From an uncultured Chitinophagaceae bacterium (GTDB lineage: Bacteria > Bacteroidota > Bacteroidia > Chitinophagales > Chitinophagaceae): a stretch of DNA of 39,727 bases. The translations under genes and the position numbers were made by a program. The stretch covers positions 1,057 to 40,783 of the forward strand of contig CAZCKF010000001.1 of the NCBI GenBank assembly GCA_964499155.1. Reading direction: 5' to 3'. Under the pieces are notes generated by a model. It searched no databases. It saw only the letters and a program-made list of their open reading frames with translations, and was not told where the DNA came from. Shown here one piece after another: positions 1-6,802 of the stretch (position 1 is its first letter; every line of letters starts with the position of its first letter).

Positions 1-263
1 TGATGTACTATTCGGTCAGGGAAATATGGCAGCCGGAATATTTCTCGCTCTTTTGGATCATAGATCTTGAATACGGAGTATTCTGAGGTACGGTAAGATT
101 TAGTTTGTAGCAGCTGCTGAAGAGAGATAAGATTTTGCTCACGGTTTCTATCATGAAGTTGAACTCCATACTGCGAAGCCTTCCCTTTCCTTGCGCGGCT
201 GTCAGCCAGCTGAAGGTTTTCCAGGGAGCACACATCCGTATATATATTACCAATTCTTCGCAT
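1..263 (-). CDS. Reverse transcriptase, DGR-type; only the N-terminal 87 codons are in the window
   Basis: The minus-strand frame is open from the in-frame TGA at 278-276 down to position 1, with ATG at 263-261. My translation is MRRIGNIYTDVCSLENLQLADSRARKGKASQYGVQLHDRNREQNLISLQQLLQTKSYRTSEYSVFKIYDPKEREIFRLPYFPDRIVH. It contains the PK.R.I and DRIV motifs seen in the N-terminal finger region of DGR/group-II-like RTs (compare Bordetella Brt YEPKPRLISALEFKDRLVQHA). It is absent from the ORF track because it has no in-window stop. Confidence 0.85.
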   Translation of the reverse strand, partial: MRRIGNIYTDVCSLENLQLADSRARKGKASQYGVQLHDRNREQNLISLQQLLQTKSYRTSEYSVFKIYDPKEREIFRLPYFPDRIVH

Positions 264-367
264 TGCCTTTGCTTTTCAAAATCGCTTTCCCGAAAAACGG
301 TACCAGTGATCTCGATTATTGAGTCATTTTTTGCCATGTTGGCAAGGCATGCGCTGCAACAAAAATA

Positions 368-443
368 TTAGCATAGGTGAGAGCTGACATTCGTATTCGT
401 ATTCCAGTTATCGTAGTTCGTATTCGAGAACCTGAAGCTGCCA
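368..443 (-). repeat. DGR template repeat (TR), non-coding, about 76 nt
   Basis: Aligns without gaps to 561-636 and 958-1032. All mismatches are at TR positions that are T on the plus strand (A on the minus strand). Read in the VR frame it gives GSFRFSNTNYDNWNTNTNVSSHLC*, with six AAY codons. It lies 104 nt upstream of the RT ATG. Confidence 0.9.
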
Positions 444-485
444 CTGACTAACGAAAAGAACACCGCTCTTGCAGCGCACTACCTA

Positions 486-875
486 TTAAGAGATCAGGAA
501 ATATTCCTTATACAGGTCAGCAAACTGCTTTCCAGCATAGGTTGCTAATTCCCTGGTTCGAAAGCAAAGGCGAGAGCCGACAGTCGTATCCGTATGCCAG
601 TGATCGTAGTACGTATACGAGAACCCGAAGCCGCCAGGACGCTTATCATCAGCCTTTATTTCAAACCATGGGAAATATTTATATTCATCGGAGTCATTCC
701 AGTTGGGTTGCCATCCATCATTCAGAGCCTCAGCGATAATGATCAACTTAAAATGTGCAATTAGGGCTTTTTGATGTTTGGAAGGCACCACTGAAACTTC
801 AGGAAGCGCCATTGGTTTTAACCCCAATTTTTCACATGCTTCCTCATAAGTTTTTACTGTTTTAGTTTTTGCCAT
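486..875 (-). CDS. DGR variable (target) protein 1, 129 aa, paralog of 862..1356
   Basis: ORF-track ORF. Contains VR1 (GGFGFSYTYYDHWHTDTTVGSRLCF), followed by a conserved tail ELATYAGKQFADLYKEYF. No signal peptide or TM segment is visible. Confidence 0.85.
   Translation of the reverse strand: MAKTKTVKTYEEACEKLGLKPMALPEVSVVPSKHQKALIAHFKLIIIAEALNDGWQPNWNDSDEYKYFPWFEIKADDKRPGGFGFSYTYYDHWHTDTTVGSRLCFRTRELATYAGKQFADLYKEYFLIS
561..636 (-). repeat. DGR variable repeat VR1
   Basis: Over TR 370-443 there are 11 mismatches, all opposite TR adenines. Two further A-type mismatches lie at 368-369. Confidence 0.9.
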
Positions 876-1356
876 TTTGAGAATTTTCTATTGTTAGGAA
901 TTGTTTGTATAGATCCTCGAACTGAGTGCCGGCATATTGAGCCAGCTCTTGAGATTTGAAGCAAAGGCGAGAGCCGACAGCCGTATGCGCAATCCAGCCA
1001 ACGCAGTACGTATGCGAGAACCCGAAGCCGCCCATCTTAAAATAAGGGATCCACTTACGCTGGTTTCCATTATCCCAATCAGGAACCCAACCTTCATTGA
1101 GTGCTCGAGCAACAATGATCAGTTTACAGTATGCTATAATAGAGGAATAGTCTTTATCAGGAACTCCAGCAGGAAGTACATCACTTTCCTGAAGCCCCAA
1201 AACTTCACACGCATCTTCAAATGTTTTTACTCGGTCAGTTATTTTTTGAGAGAAAAAGGTTTCACCAAAAGTGTCAATGAGCATTTCCTTGAACTCCTGC
1301 GATGCGGATGGGTAAAGCTTTTTAGCTTTCTTCTGATCAATCTGAAGTGTTTGCAT
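862..1356 (-). CDS. DGR variable (target) protein 2, 164 aa, paralog of 486..875
   Basis: ORF-track ORF. Contains VR2 (GGFGFSHTYCVGWIAHTAVGSRLCF). It shares the blocks TFEDACEVLGL / ALNEGW.P.W and ELAQYAGTQFEDLYKQF with target 1. Its 3' end overlaps the start of target 1 by 14 nt. Confidence 0.85.
   Translation of the reverse strand: MQTLQIDQKKAKKLYPSASQEFKEMLIDTFGETFFSQKITDRVKTFEDACEVLGLQESDVLPAGVPDKDYSSIIAYCKLIIVARALNEGWVPDWDNGNQRKWIPYFKMGGFGFSHTYCVGWIAHTAVGSRLCFKSQELAQYAGTQFEDLYKQFLTIENSQNGKN
958..1032 (-). repeat. DGR variable repeat VR2
   Basis: Over TR 370-442 there are 16 mismatches, all opposite TR adenines. All 51 non-adenine positions are identical. Confidence 0.9.
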
Positions 1357-1359
1357 GAT

Positions 1360-1740
1360 TTAAATGTTTTTTGTTTGTTTCCACACTGCAGCATTCGCGC
1401 AGTGTGCCTTTACATTTTTTACTTTTGAATAACCAACCCGGGTGATAATTCCTGCTTTAGCAGCTCTGGCAATCACTCCACCCCAAGCCCTGGCATGCGG
1501 GGGAAGTGGAAAATCAATCAACGCAGCATATGATCTTACCTCTTCAGCCATGAATGGACCATTATGCTTTGAAAGGAATACCAAGAGCAACTGATAACCT
1601 TTTTCACTCCATCCTGGAACCGCTTCATCCGCATGCTCAACAGCCTTTTTAATTCCTGCATCACGAGTATCCTTACCGGTAACGATTTTTAATACCGGCT
1701 GATCAAATAAGTTTGATTGATATGGTAGGGCTGAATTCAT
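1360..1740 (-). CDS. Hypothetical phage protein, 126 aa
   Basis: ORF in the operon, with a 4-nt overlap to the upstream gene. I recognise no motif. It does not look like an Avd four-helix bundle. Confidence 0.6.
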   Translation of the reverse strand: MNSALPYQSNLFDQPVLKIVTGKDTRDAGIKKAVEHADEAVPGWSEKGYQLLLVFLSKHNGPFMAEEVRSYAALIDFPLPPHARAWGGVIARAAKAGIITRVGYSKVKNVKAHCANAAVWKQTKNI

Positions 1741-2372
1741 TCGTTCTCTTCAAATTCAGCTTCCTGAGGAAATAATTCCTGTTGACGGTCCGGCGCACGT
1801 TTACCGGTCATGTATCGCTCAACCTCATCTATTACATCAGCGATCGCGATACTTAATTCTGAAGCAAATAAATATTCCTGGTCAAGGTTGATCTTCGGAG
1901 TTTCCAATTTGATGTGCTTGCCAGTAGTAAGACGCTTAGTTCCGGATAGGGTCACTGCGGGACTTTCCTCTTCTCCCTCCATCTTGAACGATGTGACACT
2001 ATACTTTTTAAATTTCTCAGAATGATCATTATCGCTAATCATTTCTTCCAGGCTACCATAGGCATCGGCATCTTCAATTTCTTCGCAGATCACAACCAGG
2101 TGACCGTTTAGATTATTGAATGCGTTGATCAGATCATCATGGACAGGAACTTCTGACTTTATCGATACTGAATTAATAATGTTGGCCGCAACTGTATGAT
2201 CATAGGAGTAATTGCAGAACATATCCTTCAGCGCTGCGCCCTTGATCTCGATCGGTTTTTTTGTGAGAGGAGCTGTAGCAGATTTCAAAGCATTTGTAAT
2301 GTCTTCTGCTGTTCCGCTAATTGTAGTGTGTCCATTTTCCTGAGTGATATCGATTTTCTTTCTACGTCCCAT
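1737..2372 (-). CDS. Hypothetical acidic protein, 211 aa
   Basis: ORF packed into the operon, with an acidic C-terminus (QEAEFEENE). Confidence 0.6.
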   Translation of the reverse strand: MGRRKKIDITQENGHTTISGTAEDITNALKSATAPLTKKPIEIKGAALKDMFCNYSYDHTVAANIINSVSIKSEVPVHDDLINAFNNLNGHLVVICEEIEDADAYGSLEEMISDNDHSEKFKKYSVTSFKMEGEEESPAVTLSGTKRLTTGKHIKLETPKINLDQEYLFASELSIAIADVIDEVERYMTGKRAPDRQQELFPQEAEFEENE

Positions 2373-2383
2373 GGTTGTGATTT

Positions 2384-4078
2384 TTATATTTCTAACAATT
2401 CAGGATTTAAACGAATCTTTCCAGATTCGCGTTTTATTAATTCCAGAGTATTTAAAGATGAAAGAGCATTGTTGAACCCACCAGAATTAAATGAGTATTG
2501 GCTTGGTGTTTTTGCCGCTAAGTCCTCCTTTGAAAATTCATGATTTGGATTATCAAGAAGCAGCTGATAAATTTCCCGCTCACACTTGCTGAGCTTCTCT
2601 ATATAAGTATGAATAGAATATTCCTGCGGCTCAAAATCCCCCAGGCAATGATGTAAATCTGCAGAAGTATTGGCCCTGACCTTACCTCCGTTTCTAATTA
2701 TTAGACCACTTGAATTGAGCTCACTTAATGCATTATTAAAACCACCACTATTAGGTGAGTATCCAGTTGCAACTCCGACTTGCGTTTTAGTGAATTCTCT
2801 TTCACTATAAGTTGCCAGAAACTGTAGTATTGCTTTTGGGCATTTTAATAATTTTCCGTTGGAGGATGCCTCCGTTACTTTATGATAAACCCTATCAGTA
2901 AACTTTTGATTATGATCAGTGAAGGATTTGTGTACTGGAACTGACATCACAACATCCTTCTTTGTTTCTTTTATTTGAAGCTTAGTCCAGTCAGCTTTTT
3001 TGTTTCTTGCCAGATCGCTAATCTGTTGAAGGATAGTTGCGTATTCAGTAAGCCGCTTACCTAATAGTGCCTCTTGCTGAAGATTCCGGCTAACTTCCTT
3101 TTCTAAATCCGCAATCCGCTTTTTAAATTTGCTGTCATCAAACTTTACAGCAGCTGGCTGTGAATTTTTTAACTTCGTAAGCTCACTCCTTAACCGTGCG
3201 ACCTCTGCCTGAAGCTGTTGTTTAGATACTAATTCCTTCTCAGCCTCTTCAGGTATATCAACTAGTTTGCTAAGTATTTTTTTAACAGCCGCTGGCGTAG
3301 GTGGAGCAGCTGTGATTCTTTTGCCAGCTCTTAAATGCGTTGTTACTACAGGCCCGACCTTAAATTTGGTGATCTCATTATTAATCGCGGGGCCAAATGA
3401 AAAAAATTCTCCCTCTTTTAATTCCCGAAGGGAAAGCATGTCCGTCTTATTTATCATTCCCAATTCATCTCCAGCCCTTTTGCGATCGATATCCAGGCCT
3501 GTCCTGCCAATCATCTTATTTAAACATTCGGCAGCTGCATCCTTATGAAGTTTACTTAGTCTTTGTGTTGCCAGGATACCAGCAAACCCCCGCTTCCTAC
3601 CTCTTGTGCATAGATCTATCACCGAACTCATGGATTCAGACTTGCTGCTTTCGGGGCAAAATATGTGGGCTTCATCCACATACACAAAGCAGGAATGCCA
3701 CAGTTCTTTTGGGGCATTAATTAAAGCATCCAGAAATTTTTTCACAAATTGAATGCGCTCGTAGTGCTTCAATTCATATAAATCAATAATAGCGGAAAGG
3801 TTTGTCTCAAGAAGTTTGTTGGCAAGCATTTCAGCGTATCGCAGTGATAACGGTATATCACCCCCTTTCGCCACGAGAAGGAAATCAAACTTTTCTCTTA
3901 GTGTTACGAACTCACCTTCGGGATCAATTATTATTTGCTGAACCTGGTTGCCGACTGACTCAGCTACTTTTCTAATCGCCCAGGATTTTCCACCCCCGCT
4001 CCCTGCTTGGATAAGAAGTCTTGTGTCCAATAGTTTTTGAACATCAATCTCTATTCCTATGTTGATCTTGTTTGACAC
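2384..4078 (-). CDS. HerA/FtsK-like P-loop ATPase with a coiled-coil linker and two C-terminal winged-helix-like repeats
   Basis: Walker A is GSGGGKS, Walker B is VYVDEAH, and ILATQRLSKL resembles the HerA/DUF87-type TQRPS block. A heptad-rich middle region follows. There is an 88-aa internal duplication, with YSPNSGGFNNALSELNSSGLIIRNGGKVRAN (nt 2669-2764) and YSFNSGGFNNALSSLNTLELIKRESGKIRLN (nt 2405-2500). Confidence 0.7.
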   Translation of the reverse strand: MSNKINIGIEIDVQKLLDTRLLIQAGSGGGKSWAIRKVAESVGNQVQQIIIDPEGEFVTLREKFDFLLVAKGGDIPLSLRYAEMLANKLLETNLSAIIDLYELKHYERIQFVKKFLDALINAPKELWHSCFVYVDEAHIFCPESSKSESMSSVIDLCTRGRKRGFAGILATQRLSKLHKDAAAECLNKMIGRTGLDIDRKRAGDELGMINKTDMLSLRELKEGEFFSFGPAINNEITKFKVGPVVTTHLRAGKRITAAPPTPAAVKKILSKLVDIPEEAEKELVSKQQLQAEVARLRSELTKLKNSQPAAVKFDDSKFKKRIADLEKEVSRNLQQEALLGKRLTEYATILQQISDLARNKKADWTKLQIKETKKDVVMSVPVHKSFTDHNQKFTDRVYHKVTEASSNGKLLKCPKAILQFLATYSEREFTKTQVGVATGYSPNSGGFNNALSELNSSGLIIRNGGKVRANTSADLHHCLGDFEPQEYSIHTYIEKLSKCEREIYQLLLDNPNHEFSKEDLAAKTPSQYSFNSGGFNNALSSLNTLELIKRESGKIRLNPELLEI

Positions 4079-4079
4079 T

Positions 4080-4253
4080 TCATTCAGTTATTAAATCATT
4101 TACGCTGACAGGGAACCGTTCCCCCTTTTTGTTTTCAACAATCCAAACACTGCTGCGATCACTAATCACTGTTACCGGCTCACCTTTCTTTCCATAGATC
4201 TTATCCTTTTTCATCGAGCTCGCTATATCACATTTCAGTTTCGCCTCCTTCAT
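4080..4253 (-). CDS. Small hypothetical protein, 57 aa (below the ORF-track cutoff)
   Basis: ATG at 4253 and TGA at 4082-4080, one base before the ATPase ATG at 4078. It fills an otherwise empty 190-nt gap in a tightly packed operon. Translation: MKEAKLKCDIASSMKKDKIYGKKGEPVTVISDRSSVWIVENKKGERFPVSVNDLITE. Confidence 0.55.
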   Translation of the reverse strand: MKEAKLKCDIASSMKKDKIYGKKGEPVTVISDRSSVWIVENKKGERFPVSVNDLITE

Positions 4254-4267
4254 TAAAATTCAATTGA

Positions 4268-4645
4268 TCAATAGTCATCACGATGATCATCATCCTCTTC
4301 AAATTCTGATTCCTGTATATCGCCGGCAAGCGCTTTTCCAATATTGTTTCCCTCCAAAATCAACGCATTGTGTTTTTTAACCAAGTCGCTGATCTGCCAG
4401 CTGACGATGGGAGCCAGCTCCAACCTTTCAGCATGAAACCTGGCTGTCTCTTCATCCACGGGATTAATTGCGTAGATGGCACCGGCTCCAAAAAACCTTG
4501 TGAATGCGGGCTGCCTTGTAGTTTCAGGCACATCGACACGAAGCATATTTGTTCCTGCAATATTTTGTTCGGTGCATTTCCCTGCAATTTTTGCATGGCC
4601 GAATAATTCGACGACACACCATAAATCAAACTTTTCTTGGTTCAT
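4268..4645 (-). CDS. Hypothetical protein with an acidic tail, 125 aa
   Basis: ORF in the operon. The C-terminus is ESEFEEDDDHRDDY. Confidence 0.6.
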   Translation of the reverse strand: MNQEKFDLWCVVELFGHAKIAGKCTEQNIAGTNMLRVDVPETTRQPAFTRFFGAGAIYAINPVDEETARFHAERLELAPIVSWQISDLVKKHNALILEGNNIGKALAGDIQESEFEEDDDHRDDY

Positions 4646-4659
4646 AAAATCATGATTGA

Positions 4660-5325
4660 TTATGCTGCTTCAGTTATTTGTGAGAATAGATACCAGTACT
4701 TAAAAGCCAGTTCCTGGTATTTTAATTTCCCACTGTTATAGAATTCCCCGCCTCTTTTTATCGGAAGTTTAAAAACCTTACAATTCACTTTCGATATACC
4801 GATCAACATGTCATTCTCCACCCCCTCTATATCCATATAGAGAGCCCGCTGCCGGTCGTAATCGAAATGCCGGCATGCATCCTCAAACTGTTTTTGGCTG
4901 ACGGCTGTTGTGCTTTTGATATCTCCACTGAGCCTGAGCTTTGGCATGGCGTAGAGATCCCATTTGCAACGTACATCCAGGGTAAACTGGAAGCCGTCAT
5001 GCTCAATAAGGAAATCCTTTTTAATACTTACTTTTTGAAATTCACTATGCTTGGCGAGTGTTGCACAGAACTCATCCTTGTAAAAAGCTGCTTTCATTTT
5101 CTTTGCCAGGTCAAATTCCTCGCGAGAATATCTCTCACCGGCACAGGTCATATTGAAGTAGTTAATCTTCTCCGGTTCAGTGATCATGCAATCGATCAAT
5201 GTTCCAAACCGGTAGGCCTGTTCAACATCATGGATCTGATCTTCCTGCATCCAATATTTCTTTAACCAGGATAGATCACTGTTGCTCACTTCGGGCATGA
5301 AATAATATGGATCTTTCTCTGCCAC
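4660..5325 (-). CDS. PD-(D/E)XK family exonuclease (RecE/exonuclease VIII-like, DUF3799-like)
   Basis: Motifs LDVRCKWD ... SGDIKST ... FDYDRQRALY fit the D..(D/E)xK plus Q.A.Y pattern of RecB/Cas4-like phage exonucleases. It sits in a recombination module with RecT. Confidence 0.65.
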   Translation of the reverse strand: MAEKDPYYFMPEVSNSDLSWLKKYWMQEDQIHDVEQAYRFGTLIDCMITEPEKINYFNMTCAGERYSREEFDLAKKMKAAFYKDEFCATLAKHSEFQKVSIKKDFLIEHDGFQFTLDVRCKWDLYAMPKLRLSGDIKSTTAVSQKQFEDACRHFDYDRQRALYMDIEGVENDMLIGISKVNCKVFKLPIKRGGEFYNSGKLKYQELAFKYWYLFSQITEAA

Positions 5326-6783
5326 TTACGCCTTAACTGCTTTTCGGTTAACAGATTTGATCGCTACTTCATACGCAAGGAATTTGCTATCGATTTTCTC
5401 ACCGGTTTTTTTAGCAACACCTTCAGCGTATGTTTTGATTTGGACAAAGGTTTTTTTCTCCAGTTCATCGAGCGAAAGATTTACTCCCTGGCGCTGGTAC
5501 CAAAACGTGATCAGCTCGATCCAACCTGCAGAATGAGTAACCTTAATATCGAAGCCGCTTCGAGTCTCCGGCGCCGCATTACCATTTGATGTCTCAGCCA
5601 CCTGGTCGAAAAGAAGTTGCGCAGATCCTGCTGCTTTTTGTAATTCAGATTCCTCAGCAGCTTTTTTCTTTGCTTCCTCAGCCTCTACTCTCAACCGCTC
5701 ACCTTCTGCAGCCTCACGTTCTTTTTGCTGGCGCTCAGCTTCAGCTTTCTTTTCTTCTGCTTCCTTTTCCAACCTGGCTAACCGGTCCTTCTCTTCCTTC
5801 ATAATGCGTTCATTCTCTGCCTGCAGTCTTTTTTGTTCTACAGCATCGGCTTTTTCCATTTCACGGCGCCGCTGGATCTCTGCTTCCTTTTGACGGGCTA
5901 ACTCAGTCTGTCTCGCTGTTTCAGCTTCATCTGCAATCCGCTTTTGTTCAAGGAGCTCTTCCTTCTTAGAAGAAAGCTGATCAATCAAGGATTGCTTCAT
6001 CAAAGCGATATCCTCCTTGTACTGGGCATAGAACTTTTTGAAATCATACCCATCCATCTCAGTGCTGACTATAGAATCATATTCTTCTTGCGTATGGCGG
6101 TAGAAATTGACATCAGTCTTTTTTACGATTTCATTCAATTTGTTGACGGGAAAATCGGTGACCATCATAGCGAGCTTGCCTGACTTCTCTTCGAAATTTG
6201 TAAGTGTGATAGCATTGAATGAATTTGTGATCTGTAGTTTTCTTTCAGCCAGGTAATCAAGAAGGTTCTGCGTAATTGCATTTTTTAAATATGCGCGGAT
6301 CTCAATTTCTTCTTTTGCTTTGGCTGCACGCGCTTCGGATTCTTTACGGATCCTTTCCTGTTCCTGCAGCTGCTCCCGGGCATATACATTTCTTTCAGCC
6401 TGGATCGCAGCAGGCACACTACCTGGCTTTGCTGCATCGATCAAATTTTCTTGTTCAGTGAAAAACTTGATGATCATATTCATTACCTGTGTCACCGGAG
6501 ATCGCAGGTCATTCTCTTCTTTCTTTGCCTTTGCGCAATTGGCCAGGTAATTATTGCAGCGATCGTCCAGCGATTTGCGCTTTTCCAAATATTCTTCTCT
6601 GGAGATATCGCCACCTTCAAAGGAATCTTTCAAAGCCCGGAGCTCTGTAAGCAACTTATTTCCGACGGCGAGTGCTTTCGTGCTTCTGTCCTGGTTACTT
6701 TTCAGGATCTCGCCCGCGCTTTTTAATACATCCAGCGATCGATTAATTACGACCAGCTGGTTATTGTCTTGAACTGCTTCCAT
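5326..6783 (-). CDS. Long KE-rich coiled-coil protein, 485 aa from the ATG at 6783
   Basis: The ORF-track ORF 5326..6876 overlaps recT by 74 nt. The internal Met (MEAVQDNN) at 6783 leaves a 19-nt gap after the recT stop. It contains about 120 aa of E/K/R/A repeats (QKEAEIQRRREMEK...AEEAKKKAAEE). Confidence 0.7.
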   Translation of the reverse strand: MEAVQDNNQLVVINRSLDVLKSAGEILKSNQDRSTKALAVGNKLLTELRALKDSFEGGDISREEYLEKRKSLDDRCNNYLANCAKAKKEENDLRSPVTQVMNMIIKFFTEQENLIDAAKPGSVPAAIQAERNVYAREQLQEQERIRKESEARAAKAKEEIEIRAYLKNAITQNLLDYLAERKLQITNSFNAITLTNFEEKSGKLAMMVTDFPVNKLNEIVKKTDVNFYRHTQEEYDSIVSTEMDGYDFKKFYAQYKEDIALMKQSLIDQLSSKKEELLEQKRIADEAETARQTELARQKEAEIQRRREMEKADAVEQKRLQAENERIMKEEKDRLARLEKEAEEKKAEAERQQKEREAAEGERLRVEAEEAKKKAAEESELQKAAGSAQLLFDQVAETSNGNAAPETRSGFDIKVTHSAGWIELITFWYQRQGVNLSLDELEKKTFVQIKTYAEGVAKKTGEKIDSKFLAYEVAIKSVNRKAVKA

Positions 6784-6802
6784 GTTTGTTGAATTGAATG
6801 GT

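Noticed and set aside
8-337. 109-aa minus-strand ORF from the supplied track
   Set aside because: It has no recognisable features. It overlaps, in a different frame, the much more convincing RT N-terminus (1-263), and its start sits in the TR-RT spacer hairpin. It is most likely a shadow ORF.
135-371. 78-aa plus-strand ORF
   Set aside because: It is antisense to the RT coding frame in the same triplet phase, has low-complexity hydrophobic content and lacks supporting context.
368-485. Initial reading: a decayed third copy (pseudogene fragment) of the tandem paralog family
   Set aside because: The divergence is not random decay, because every difference from both intact copies is at an adenine of this copy. 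The copy is Asn-codon rich, lacks a start codon and sits just upstream of an RT. It is therefore a DGR template repeat, not a pseudogene.
937-1428. 163-aa plus-strand ORF (with 542..739 and 894..1115)
   Set aside because: These are antisense or alternate-frame shadows of the two DGR target genes. The target genes themselves are supported by paralogy and the VR structure.
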